Origin: Octopus vulgaris
Taxonomy: Eukaryota
Reading direction: 5' to 3'
NCBI GenBank assembly: GCA_951406725.2
Contig: OX597817.1
Location: forward strand, 175,336,001 to 175,400,000
DNA: 64,000 nucleotides
Position numbers and translations under genes: made by a program. Positions 16,721 to 29,661 of this stretch are shown one piece after another. Below the pieces are notes generated by a model. That model was not told the DNA's origin. It worked only from the letters and a program-made list of their open reading frames with translations, and searched no databases. Each line of letters begins with the position of its first letter. The stretch's first letter is position 1.

Positions 16721-18347
16721 TTTTTTTTACTTCTTTCAAATTTGCTTCCATTTCTTGCCGAGTGTCTTCCCGACTCCTAGGGCAAAGAAACTCATAGTAT
16801 ACATTGGTAGGCCATTAAACCAAACTCAATAGTTCGTTCATTTTTTTTTTTTTTTTTGTTAAATTAAAATACATGAGCAGCAATAGTTCTCACATCGACA
16901 ATGCTCTTCTCAATACGTGTGATGTACCAGTTAAGACAATCTTTTGCACTTCTTGCAGGGATGGTAAGCCAGGGATCATTCTCATATAATTTTCGGTTCC
17001 CTTCTTGATCACTCCTAGTGCTCCTACGATCACTGGTATTGTAACCGCCTTGAGATGCCACATTTTCTCAATTTCAATGAGTAGGTCTTTATATTTTCTG
17101 AGCTTGTCAAACTCTTTCGCTGAGATATTATGATCACAGGGGATGCTCATGTCGATCAATAAGCAAACTTTATTGTTTAGGTCTTTCACAACAATATCTG
17201 GTTTATTGGCCTTCATGGTTCGGTCTGTATGTACTGGAAAGTCCCACAGAATGGTTACATTTTCTCCTTCAGTTACAGCCTCAGGGTGGTGATTATACCA
17301 CTTGTCGGCAGTTTTGATATTGTAATGCCGACTTATTAGCCAGTGTAGATATTGGCCAACTCTGTCATGTCTTAATTTATACTCCACTGGTGCTAAGACT
17401 TTACATCCAGAGATTAGATGGTCCACTGTTTCAATCATGTCGTTGCAGAATCGGCATTTTGGGTCTGCTCCATTTTTCATCATATTGGCCTGGTAGTTCC
17501 GGGTTAATAGGCTTTGATCTTGAGCAGCCAGGATGAAACCTTCGCTCTCTGCTTTTAGCCCTGAGCTCCGTAGCCACTGATGGGTTTGCTTCTGGTCAAC
17601 ATCAGCTTGTTTGCTGCGGGCCACATATTTGCTGTGCAGAGGTTTCTCCTCCCACCTATCAGCCAATTGCTCGTGCGCTTTTTTCGTTGCCATTATTTCT
17701 ACCTTCTTTGCAACAATAGTTGCCGTACTTCCCTCGGGTTGTTCAGTTTGGGTATCCTGCACGAGATCAATAGCAAATTTTTTGCTTTCCTTTATGATAG
17801 AATGAAGCTTCTTTCGTCTCTCGTGATTTTCCACGAGTTTTAGCATCCAGTCATTCGTTATTTCGAGATATTTGGCCAGTCCAATTGTGGTTGTTTTGTA
17901 AGCTAGTTCAAACTAGATCAGGCCTCGACCTCCTTGGGCTCTGGGAAAGTAAAGGCGATCTACGTCTGCCTTTGGGTGGTGCATCCTATTACAACTCAGC
18001 AGCTTGCGTATTTTCATATCTATATTCTTTACTTCACTCATATTCCAGTTCAACACATTGTAGCTATAAGTAACAACTGGAACTGCTAAGGAATTTATAG
18101 CTAACACCTTGTTACGTGCATTTAGTTCAGATTTCAGGACTGCACGAACTCTCCTATAACATTCCTTCCTGATCTTCTCTTTCATGCTTGCATGCTGAAT
18201 ACCAGAGCCTTCATTTATCCTTAAATATTTGTATGTTTGTTCTTGCTCAAGCTCTCTTATGACTGTGTCAACATCTAAGACGACTGAATTTGTGGTCTTC
18301 ACTTTCTCTTTCTGGAAAGTGGCCTTGGCACACTTCTCAAGTCCAAT
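16721..18347 (-). mobile_element. 5'-truncated R4/Dong-clade non-LTR retrotransposon (RT C-terminus, CCHC, restriction-like endonuclease) in a (TAA)n array
   Basis: ORFs 17913-18345 and 16890-17846: YKYL, RAQGGRGL, AAQDQ, CRFC..ETVDHLISGC, RHD, KPDIVV..LIDMSIP..KYKDL; (TTA)n on both flanks. Confidence 0.9.
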
Positions 18348-18348
18348 G

Positions 18349-18405
<57 letters not shown>

Positions 18406-18408
<3 letters not shown>

Positions 18409-18775
18409 ATTTTTTTATCATGCCTAATGCACCTATTATGATAGGAATTGTTTCTGTTTTCAGATTCCACATTCTAGTTACCTCTATTTCCAGGTCTTTG
18501 TATTTTGAGAGTTTCTCCATTTCTTTTAGAGACACGTTGTCATCTGCCGGTATTGATACATCAATTAGAAAGCATTTTTTTCCTTCATGATCTCTGACAA
18601 CTATATCTGGTGTGTTGGCCTTAATTTCTCTATCTGTGTGTATCGGCATATCCCAGAGTATGGTTGCTTTCTTGTTTTCTGTGACCTTTTCTGGTGTGTG
18701 CCTATACCATTTTTTTCTGTTGTTATTCCATAATGTTGGCATAGCTTCCAATGTATGTAGGTTCCAACTCTGTCA

Positions 18776-18776
<1 letters not shown>
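18406..18776 (-). mobile_element. R4/Dong RLE-domain fragment (second subfamily)
   Basis: ILWDMPIHTDREIKANTPDIVV..LIDVSIP..KYKDL..IGALGMIKKY; flanked by (TTA)n. Confidence 0.85.
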
Positions 18777-18871
<95 letters not shown>

Positions 18872-18881
18872 TATTATTATT

Positions 18882-19710
18882 GAGTGAGAGAGTAGTGCAT
18901 GCAATCAAATTGCCACCGGGGTAAAATATACAAAGCCCAGTATACCCATCATGACTACCCGTCTGATATGGGTACACCAGGCACATGCATCACAACCACA
19001 TGTACGTGACATAGTGATAAACAGTGCATGACCTTGGAGGTGAGGCCCAGTTAGAATTTTCTCACGATCGAGAACCGCAATCTGCTCAAAATGTCCCTGA
19101 ATAAGGGTTGTTTGAGGATGATGAACGAAACACCCATGTTTCCAGAGGTGAATTATCCAAACCCCAATGAATTCCTCTCAACACATGGCTATGATGCTCC
19201 CCCACTACTTCTGCTCGTGATCAGAGATGCACATATCGTCAGCCACTAAGGTATATGCTCAACTGGTTAAGGTCAAACAACTGACAAGCAAATCTGTGGT
19301 ATTGAGCAGAATATTTGCTGTAGCCCATCTTTTATACCAAGACAAAACAATGTACATGATAACACTTCCAATCAGTTAAGATCAGAAGCCATGAGAGCCA
19401 CTGCCTGGTACTGCATCAGGCCATTGTTTCGAAAGGTGAATTATTCAAGCCCCAAAGAATCCCTCTCAACACATGGCTATGATGCTCTCCCACTACTTCT
19501 GCTCGTGATCAGAGATGCACATATTGTCAGCCTCTAAGGGACATGGTCAACTAGTTATGGTCAAACAACTGACAAGCAAATCTGTGGTATTGAGCAGAAT
19601 ATTTGCTGTAGCCCATCTTTTATACCAAGACAAAACAATGTACATGATAACACTTCCAATCAGTTAAGATCAGAAGCCATGAAAACCATTGCCTGGTACT
19701 GCATCAGGGC

Positions 19711-19714
<4 letters not shown>
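18882..19714 (-). mobile_element. Non-coding repeat embedded in (TAA)n, probably Dong-associated, with an internal ~285-bp tandem duplication
   Basis: Homologous to 45421-45820 in opposite orientation; 19137-19420 repeated at 19426-19714. Confidence 0.6.
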
Positions 19715-19750
<36 letters not shown>

Positions 19751-19753
<3 letters not shown>

Positions 19754-19969
19754 TAGTTTTAATTTTATTTTTATAGCGTGCTTTCACTTCACTACCGAGC
19801 GCAGCTCTGTGTGCCTTGGGTATGTGCTGTGATTTGTTGTGATGCTCTGATGGTTATTGTATGGAAAGTGTTCTGCGTAGGATGTGTGCAGTGCCTAGTA
19901 GTGCAATTTTCTGTATGTTATATGTGTTTGTAAGTCCTGGTGTTTTTGTTATGTATTTGTCTGAATACA
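19751..19969 (-). mobile_element. R4/Dong extreme C-terminus plus 3' UTR
   Basis: YSDKYITKTPGL..IQKIALLGTAHILRRTLSIQ* aligns with the end of the 16890 ORF. Confidence 0.8.
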
Positions 19970-19997
19970 TTATTATTATTATTATTACTATTATTAC

Positions 19998-20082
<85 letters not shown>

Positions 20083-21228
20083 CATTATTATTTTCATTTC
20101 TTAAGTAGTGAGACAAATCCAAGCGATCAAGCCTTCTCCCCAAAGTGGCTATGCTTATGTAAAACATATTCTGATATTTATTATATTGAGAACAGTGTTA
20201 TTTGCTTTGTTTGTGTCCGCATTCCTATCACATATATCCTGTTTGTTCTCCTCTTCCATTTGACATTGACTAAATATTGTTGAAAATAGAAAAGTAGTCG
20301 TTAGGAGTAAAGCAGTTACTTTTCTTCTAAAATATATGGAATACCTAACGGAAAAGAAGCTTATGACACACACTCTCTCTCTTTCTATCTCCCTTTCTCT
20401 ACCTTTGCACATATATACAAATATAATACATTCACACACACATATATGTATGTATATTAAGTCAGTCTTTGTGTCATTTTTATACGTGTAACCCAGCACA
20501 GCCTGTATTATGGCCGGCCCGTCGGCAACTAAACCGGCAACCCTACTGAGCCTGTTTGGTAAGCAGGGTGGTTTTTCGCTCGAAACGTTGCAGTACGAAA
20601 AACAAATCCCGTCAAAGGGCAGATGAACTTTGTAGAATCAACGGGCATCGAATAGCTGGGGCTGAAAAAACCCCTTGTCTTTATTTAGATACCTTTCTAT
20701 GGAGAAGATATCTAAATAACCTCTTTGACTTCGTTTGCATCCAATGATATAAACTTCTTTAGGGGCAAAAGAGTGGAATTGACTTTGTGCAAGGCCTTTC
20801 CTCACTTCAAAATGCTTCTGGTATAGGTGTTGCTTGGTTTTCAAATCTCTACTATGTGTTGCATAATGTGGTTGATCTTAGCTAAAAATGGCAAAACATT
20901 GAATTAAAAAGCCAAAATAATGAGAGCTGTAAGAAATGATACAAGTCGATGGTTTATACTCTTATCTTATATTTCGATATTTTGGCGTTAGGATACCTTC
21001 TTCAGGAATCTTCGGAGAAAAGTCAGCTTGCAGCATCAAATCTCCAGAGATTTCTCGAAGAATGGACCCCACGTGTTTAAATACAAGATAAAGTGTCGAA
21101 GTATCAAAATATAAGTTAAAAGTGCAAAATCTCGACTTTGTATTATTTTTTATAACGCATTGTTTTGCCTTTATCAAAATAATTAAAAGGAAGGCACGCA
21201 TCTCACACACACACAGACACACACACAT

Positions 21229-21743
21229 TTAACCTGCGCACTCATAAGAAAGCGGAAGCACATACTCTTCTTGACATTACTTAAATGTGTGTGTATATAT
21301 ATTTATATGTATGTATGAATGCATGTATGTACGCATGTATGTACGTATGTATGTATGTATGTATGTATGTATGTGTGTATGTATGTGTGTATGTATGTAT
21401 GTATGTGTGTATGTATGTATGTGTGTATGTATGTGTGCGTACGTTTGTACCATTGGTTATACAATAAGTGTCCTTGATTTGATTCCTAATTCAATTCTCA
21501 ATTCTATTCATATATTAAATTAGTAATATTGATATGAGTTGTACATGAAAGGTTTCAAATTCAAGAGAGTGTAATGAGAACTATAGCTATTTATATTTGT
21601 AACTACTATTACAATGTTTATAGTCATATTCAATTATATATTCTGAGACTGTTACAAATCTTTCCTTATGTATGCAGTATTGTAAATACTGTAATTTAAA
21701 ATTCAGCATTAATTCTTGTCTTGTTTTATAACGCTGAAGCAAA

Positions 21744-21833
<90 letters not shown>

Positions 21834-22245
21834 TACATGAATATATATGTGTGTATATATGTATGTAAATATATATGTATGTACGTATGTGTATATATAT
21901 ATAAAAAAGGGTAAAGACACCCTTCGGTCATGAATGACCATGGGATTGCACCTAGAAAGTTACCCTCCTAGACACAAGTCCGGGCAAGGTTGTTTATGGA
22001 AGACCAGCAGTTGCCCATGCATACCAGCCTCCCCTCTCCACGCCACCAGTGTTATCCAAGGGAAAGACAAAGGTCGATACAGCTTGGCACCAGTGACATC
22101 ACAACTCATTTCTACAGCTGAGTGAACTGGAGCAACGTGAAATAAAGTGTCTTGCTCAAGAACACAACACGCAGCCCGGTCTGGAATTTGAGCGCACAAC
22201 CTCATGATCGTAAGCTCGACGCTCTAACCACTGAGCCATGCGCCT

Positions 22246-22341
<96 letters not shown>

Positions 22342-22354
22342 CATATATATACAT

Positions 22355-22417
<63 letters not shown>

Positions 22418-22586
22418 GAAATAAGTGACATAGATACCCACTTTATACAGTTCATCCGATTGGCGCTCTGATAGAGCTTCAGGAATATATATATGAAGAT
22501 ATAAATAATGTCTTATTTTGGGAGAAAGGCTTTAACCTGTGCACTCATAAGAAAGCGAAAGCACATACTCTACTTGACATTACTTA
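21229..22586 (+). repeat. ~55-bp direct repeat (21229-21283, 22531-22586)
   Basis: TTTAACCTG(C/T)GCACTCATAAGAAAGCG(G/A)AAGCACATACTCT(T/A)CTTGACATTACTTA twice. Confidence 0.85.
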
Positions 22587-25264
22587 TTTGCACTATGTGT
22601 GACTAGGTTATCATGTGCAAGAACTTCTCCGTTGACTTCTGGTTAGCAAGGTGCCAGTTTTAGCAGTAATTCTGCTATCATGCCCACTGTTTACTAAACT
22701 TTTGAAACTTTCGTTTTCCGTTTATATTTTACCCGAATTAGAGATAGAAGCTACAGTGTGTCTCATGCGCAAGAGCAACATCTATCTAGGTGTACTTTTC
22801 TTTTGTCCCCACATTCAAAATCTGTCAAACGAATCAGCCGGAAGTGGCCACCTATTTTTTCCCCAACTTTCTCAACCGTTTCTAAGTGACTGTAGTAACG
22901 CCAGATTCAAGACGCCATTTTGGGATTTTCATCTGCGCCCGCGCAAGTATTAGTCTTCCGGAAGGCCTGCCGAAAGTCTCTCTTGACTTGACCGCTATTC
23001 TCTCTCTTCGGCCACCGGCTTCTGACCAGACAGGACGCGACTGAAGCCAGCTCCGTGGAGCTGGCATTCTGACGGCGGGCGACGTTGCGAGTCTGTGAAA
23101 ATGCCTTCGTATTTTGTGTCTAACTATTAACCCTGCTGCTTCCACCCCGGCGTCCAGGCTACCGATGTCCAGAGATGAAATGCTTATTTCGGTGAAATAT
23201 ATTATTATTGTTATTTGTTCGGAGATTCGTGTTCCCGCTATTTTTCCTTTCTACAGCTATGTAAGGAGATGTGATGCACCCAACAAGTGCAAATATCACA
23301 TAAAATCCTACATGATCATTAAAATAGTTTCTATAAATCTAGTGATCTAACGGGGATCTGCTGTCCTACGTCACATACCCGTTGTCTCTAACTGTTGAAA
23401 ACATCACAGCAAGTAATATTGATTTCCTTGGCATCAAAAAATTCTTCATCTGTAGATGGCATGAAAACCTGTGTGCTACGATGTTCGTTAATGAGCTCCA
23501 CCCATCTCTTATTTATTGGGTCAAGTATTTCCTGTCAGGCCGTACTGTGTATATTTCAACCCACCATCAACAACCAGATGCTGTTATTTCAAACCAGACA
23601 CGCTTACGCCAAGATGTTACCACCCTTCCTTCTCTAACATTCAAAATACGGGCGTCAGATTCCGTACAATTTATGTAGATCACGCTAGAATACACCACTT
23701 CAAAGAACGGAGAACTCGAAAACAGCTTGCAATGGTTCTTGATGACCTTTCTTTAAATGCACCAAAACACAGCTTTAACACGCAATATGGAAATACATAC
23801 ATCAAACTTTTCTGCTCATGAACAGCTTGCGAAAAAGCATTCAGTTTTGACAAATGACGGGCTTCACAATCGTCAATGACCTCTCATGTCAACTTCATGT
23901 ACATGGCATTGCAAAAATACCTTTCTAATAGTTCTGTTTTCTGCTCAGAGCCACAAACTACTTTATTTGTGAACAATTGTTAAGCCTCTAAAGGTACAAG
24001 TACACCCCTCGTATTGCTCACATGTATAATGCAATAAACATATTCACACACAACCATGTTATGCTATTCTAACACCCCGCCATGTAGCTGGACGTCAAAC
24101 TTTCTCTCATTTCTAGTCTATTCCCGCACAGTACCATCTTCCTGTTTATTCAACCGGAACGCACTTCTGAACTAGCAATCTGTGAACTATCACCTGCCAT
24201 CCGAGCTCATATGAAGTTCTTACATTACTTTCTTGTCACTTCTACTGTCTCACTTCCTGTACAAAGTACCTCACCCAATCCTTTACTCTTCACAATTTGC
24301 AATACTCAAAAATTGTCTTCACTAACACATCCTGAAGTCGAAGCTGAACTTAACCACATCAGTCTCACATGTGTAAGAAAACACGTTAAGTAAAAAATAT
24401 GAGTTTGCTGGGGAACACTTACGCCATTGAAACCGGGAAACCGGGATCATGAGCCTGGCTAGGCTTTAAAAGGGCGTAGTGGAGGTGCGTGGCTTAGTGG
24501 TTAGGGTGTCAGTATCATGATCGTAAGATGGTGGTTTCGATTCCTGGACCGGGCGACGCGTTGTGTTCTTCAGCAAAACACTTCATTTCACGTTGCTCCA
24601 GTCCACTCAGCTGGCAAAAATGAGTAACGCTGCGATGGACTGGCGTCCCGTCCAGCTGGGGAACACATACGCCACAGAAACTGGGAAACCGGGCCCATGA
24701 TCCTGGCCAGGCTTTAAGAGGGCGCATTTATTTTTTATTATAATGTGGACCACGTTTATAAAGTTCTAAGTAACAAATATACTAGAATTGTTAGTTGAAT
24801 GACAAACCAGTCACTATTTCAGGCTTAAGATCTGGTCAAACAAGTAAGTGGATTATAAGTAGTTCACATAACGAGCAAAGAAGGGAGTCCCCGTGGGGAA
24901 TGCTCATTCTGCTAGAAACAGGAAACAAATTTTCCTCAAATTATGATTCAATCATCTTAAAAATCGAAAGAGCTTATACTTCATCTAGCCTAGAAAAACT
25001 TTGCCTGGAAAAAAAAAAGAAAAATCAAGAAAAGATTCATACATACGTTCAGATATAGAAGCATGGGTATTTTTCAGTTTTCGTCTACCAAATCTACTCA
25101 CAAGGCATTAGTCGGTCCGGGGCTATAGTGGAAGACCCATTGTGTGGCACCTTGGGTCACACAATGAAACTGAATATAAAACCATGAGGTCGGAAAGCAA
25201 ACTTGTTATACAACGCCAGTGGGTATGTGTGTGTGTGTGTGTTTGTGAGTGTGTATGTGTGTGT

Positions 25265-25303
<39 letters not shown>

Positions 25304-25477
25304 TGATATAGGAAAACAAAGTCTGAAAAATGATTGGCGTTGCAGTTAGCCGACCGATTAAGTATGAGATACAGGTGCCTATTTTAATCTATCACTGCTT
25401 CTGTTGCACCTAATGCATTTTTATTCACATGGATACATACATATATACATATATATGTATTGATATATACATAGGTA

Positions 25478-25511
<34 letters not shown>

Positions 25512-25654
25512 AGCAAATGAATAATAGCAGGCAATGGATAATTGTCAGCTCATAACAGCTGTTTCTTACGCATCTTTTTAATAGAAGAATGAGAGTATTG
25601 CTCCATGACAAAAAGCCGTAATCATTAGTACCTGATAATGTCTGAACCTAATTT

Positions 25655-25711
<57 letters not shown>

Positions 25712-25731
25712 CATACATATACATATACATA

Positions 25732-26264
25732 TCTATTATATAAAATCCATTCTGTGTGTCTCTAGGATCTCGGACATCCTCCATCCGATTGCGCTCAAAT
25801 TTGATATGTAAATACCGACGGTATCAGGGAGTGTATAAGTCTTGAAAAAATTACAAAAATCGATTCCAAGTGAGAATGCGATCGATAAAGCCGTGGGAAC
25901 GTGCATTTGTACGCATAAGTACATCAGCTGTTGCGATCGATACTACGCGTACGCGAGAAAAATGCACGTGCAGTTTGCGCAAAAAAGCCGGCTGGCTTGA
26001 AATAATGCCTCAAAATGCAGTATATTTAAGAGACCTAAAAAGTAAGATGCAAAAGAGATATTTTCTTCAAACTTGGCATGAAGGAAAGAAAGACTATTTG
26101 GTTTCTCGAGAATTTTTTTTGCCGTAACTTCGTTTAAAAAAATCAATAATTTTATTGAAATAAAGGCATACTTAATTATTTTTTAATGAAAAGAAAACAC
26201 TGACTGTTTTTTATTCAGCAGATATGATTCAGCACCATCCATTGGACGGGGAGCGTTTTGCTCG
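25732..26264 (+). mobile_element. Putative non-autonomous Helitron
   Basis: A|TCTATTATATAAAA start; subterminal hairpin CCATCC-ATT-GGACGG; CTCG|T end (variant of CTRR). Confidence 0.5.
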
Positions 26265-26279
26265 TAAATATATATTATA

Positions 26280-27480
26280 TAGGCATACCTCACTCTACAT
26301 CGTTAATTGGCTCCAGGAGACACGACTTAAGTCGAATTAACTTTCTCTAGGTTAGGCTGGGCCGATTTTACTTGTCTCTGGGTTAAACCGATAATAACCA
26401 TTCCCAAAACTTTATTTAAGAATGCATTTTCAATAATATATGGTTAATAAAAACCTATCTTAAGCTTTAAAAAAGACTTTTTTAAAAAACAAATTCAGTA
26501 ATTATTATTGTTTTGCAATAGTAAAAAAATTAAATTATTTTAAATTTATCGATACGTAGATACAATTTGGTGGTTTACATCGCGGATGTAGGTGGATGTG
26601 GATCGTCACCATCAATAGCTGACTTTGGCTCTTCTTTTTTGATGCGCTTAAAAAACCCTGAACTGTCTTCTTTTTTTCCTCAAGGATTACATTATAAGGA
26701 GCAAAAGCTTCGTGACAAACCCCCATAATCTTGGAAAAGCATCAAGCATTTGGACCCATATCCTCGAACATAACAACACATTTTTCGATATGTGCAAATG
26801 CTTGCTGCATTTTCTTAATGGTAAAGTGACTTCTTTATTTTGCTGCTCGTGAAGCTCTCTCAAATCCTCGTGCGTCAGGGGCTGCTTGTCTTTTTCAAAT
26901 AAATCTGTGAAATCCTCCTCCTCCAAATCCATTTCTAGTCCTTTCCTCGTTGTCACCAACATTTTGTTGGTGGCAACATTATCAAACCCCTTAAAAATCA
27001 TCCACGAATGGAAGGCATAGCTTCTTTCATACACCATTCGTAGCCGTGCTCTGTACATCATTCCATGCCGCTGCTATGTTCTGTACAGCCTTGTAGGTAT
27101 CGTATCTCTTCCAAAAGTGAAGTGTGATGGACTCATCAAGATCAGTTGCAGCTATTGCGTGCGCAGCGTACGCTTCATATAGTAACGTTTGAAGATAGCA
27201 ATTCCTTGATCCATTAGCTGCGGAAGAGACGTGGTGTTCGGAGGTATACGACGGTAACGTTGGGGGTCAAAATCTACGGTGTTTTGCGGGTGGCCAGGAG
27301 CATTATCTAAGATAAGTAAAACCTTAAAAGGAATTCCCTTCTCCTTACAGTACTTCTCTGCTGCTGGGATAAAACCAATCTTCAAAAACACCAACAGTAA
27401 CCCGTGCTTTTGAATTAGCCATCCATACAATATTTGGGTATGTTCTTCAGAGTACGGAGGTTATGTGCATGATACACAAA
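26280..27480 (-). mobile_element. Tigger/pogo-type transposon remnant (DDE_1 domain)
   Basis: KYCKEKGIPFKVLLILDNAPGHP..PPNTTSL.Q.MDQG motif; Tigger-like terminus AGGCATACCTC at 26281. Confidence 0.85.
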
Positions 27481-27482
27481 AA

Positions 27483-27770
27483 AATAATAATAGAATAAAT
27501 GCACTTAACTTATACTAATTATCAAATAGATATATAAAATTACGTGTATTAACTATAAATAATCGAAAAGCGTTTAACAATATTTCTTAAAATAAAAATA
27601 AACTTATTTTATCGAAGTTAACGAAAACCCTTCGATAAGGTAAGTTTGTTTTTATTTTAAGAAATATTGTTAAATGTTTTTCGATTATTTATAGTTAATA
27701 CACGTATTTTTATATATTTATTTGATAATTAGTGTAAGTTAAGACAAATAGATTTATTCTATTATTATTT
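27483..27770. repeat. Long AT-rich palindrome (arms >110 bp, 12-nt spacer), likely inverted PLE pseudo-LTR
   Basis: ...TTTTATCGAAG-TTAACGAAAACC-CTTCGATAAGG... with arms extending to AATAATAGAATAAAT/ATTTATTCTATTATT; directly upstream of the hammerhead motif. Confidence 0.8.
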
Positions 27771-27789
27771 TATTATTATTTATTATTTT

Positions 27790-27909
27790 AGACCTGATGA
27801 GTGACTATATTTTTAAAAAGAATTAATTTTAGATCGATTTAATTTTAAATCGAATTGATTTTATTATTATTATCGATTTGAATATATAGCCACGAAACGC
27901 ATGCAGTCT
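27790..27909 (+). ncRNA. Type I hammerhead-like motif with very long stem II; cleavage triplet altered (GCA)
   Basis: AGAC-CTGATGA-GTGACTATAT...ATATAGCCAC-GAAA-CGCATG-CA-GTCT. Confidence 0.6.
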
Positions 27910-28531
27910 TTTTACTACTATTTACTATTTATTGTACTTTATTGATTTTTAGAATAAGGTTTTTATAGTATATGCTTCTATATGGTGTGAATAACATCTT
28001 TCATTATTGAATTGTTTAATAGAGGTTTTTCTCTAAAATACACACACACACACATATACATACAGAGACATACACACACACACACACACACATATATAAA
28101 TATATATATATACATATATATACATATTATTTTATTCTTTTGTTTGTTTCAGTCATTTGACTGCGGCCATACTGGAGTACCGCCCTTAGTCGATCAAATC
28201 GACTCCAGGACTTATTCTTTGTACGCTTAGTATTTATTCTATCGCACTCTTTTGCCGAACCGCAAGGTTATAGGGGCGTAAACACACCTACATCAGTTAT
28301 CAAGCGATGGTGGGGGACAAACACAGACACACAAGCATACACACACACGCAAAAGCACACACACATATACATATACGATGGGCTTCTTTCAGAGTCCGTC
28401 TACCAAATCCACTCACAAGGCTTTGGTCAGACCGAGGCTATAATAGAAGACACTTGCCCAAGGTTCCACACAGTGGGACTAAACGCGGAGCCATGTGCTT
28501 GGTAAGCAAGCTACTAAACATATAAACAATA

Positions 28532-28592
<61 letters not shown>

Positions 28593-28645
28593 GTTTAAAT
28601 ATTTGTTGTGCAAGATTTTTTATGTGAAGTCGTGTGTTGAAACAG

Positions 28646-29556
28646 ATATTGTTATATTTCGGAATGGTCATATTGCCAGTTTAGCCAATAAAAACACACG
28701 CACTATATATTTGGTGTTATTTTGCTTCAGTGATATTTATTTTTTACATTAATCTTAATCTTATTTCGGCCAAAGTTCTTTCGTCACACTCCTGTGACCG
28801 CATCAGTGGTCCTTTGTTTTCTTCTCACTTACTTGTGTCTCTCCTTACTAACCGTCAGCCATTTTGTATTTCTATTGTATGTCTTCATTTGCGCATGCTT
28901 ATATCTCTATGTGCGTCTATGTTTATTTAGTGTGTGGGGGGATGCCTGTAATATTTGTATCTTCTGGTTATATACATTCTTGTAATTTGTATTTTGTTTT
29001 TGTTGTTGTTGCTTTTGTTCTAATTTTGTTCATGTGTTTACATCCACCCATTATTATCATTACATATGCTTGTATGTATGTATAACAACAATATTAGTAA
29101 TAATAATAATAAATCTAATCGAAAAAAAAAAATATATACATATACATATATATATATACATACATATACATATACATATACATACATATATACACACATA
29201 CATACACATATAGATATTCATTTCTATTTCTTTAATTACCTGTGTATTTATTATGTTTGCAGGATCCACTATTGTCATATGTTGTGGTGTGCGCTATTGC
29301 TCCATTCTAGTTTTCTATTCAGGCTAGGTTTATTTTCTATTATATGTGTAGCTTCTGTAATTTGTCTAATTGTTGCATCTGTTCTATGTGTGGACAATAT
29401 CTTAATCTCTATGTTATTGATTGATCCCCCGTGTTCTTGTTCGGCGTGTTGGTAAGATTAATGTAAAAAATAAATATCACTGAAGCAAAATAACACCAAA
29501 TATATAGTGCGTGTGTTTTTATTGGCTAAACTGGCAATATGACCATTCCGAAATAT

Positions 29557-29564
<8 letters not shown>
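28646..29564 (-). mobile_element. Non-coding PLE-like unit bounded by 112-bp inverted repeats, with a degenerate hammerhead
   Basis: 28646-28757 is the inverse of 29453-29564; - strand 28768-28812 reads CCA-CTGATGCG-GTCACA-GGAG-TGTGAC-GAAA-GAACTT-TGG. Confidence 0.6.
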
Positions 29565-29627
<63 letters not shown>

Positions 29628-29661
29628 TGAGAAGGTTGGTGTGTGAAAGCACGTGGTTGAA

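Noticed and set aside
22830-24400. Possible gypsy and hAT/Charlie remnants; similar vague signals at 36760-37260, 37500-38200, 56100-56520 and 58050-58680
   Set aside because: Too degenerate to assign without a homology search.
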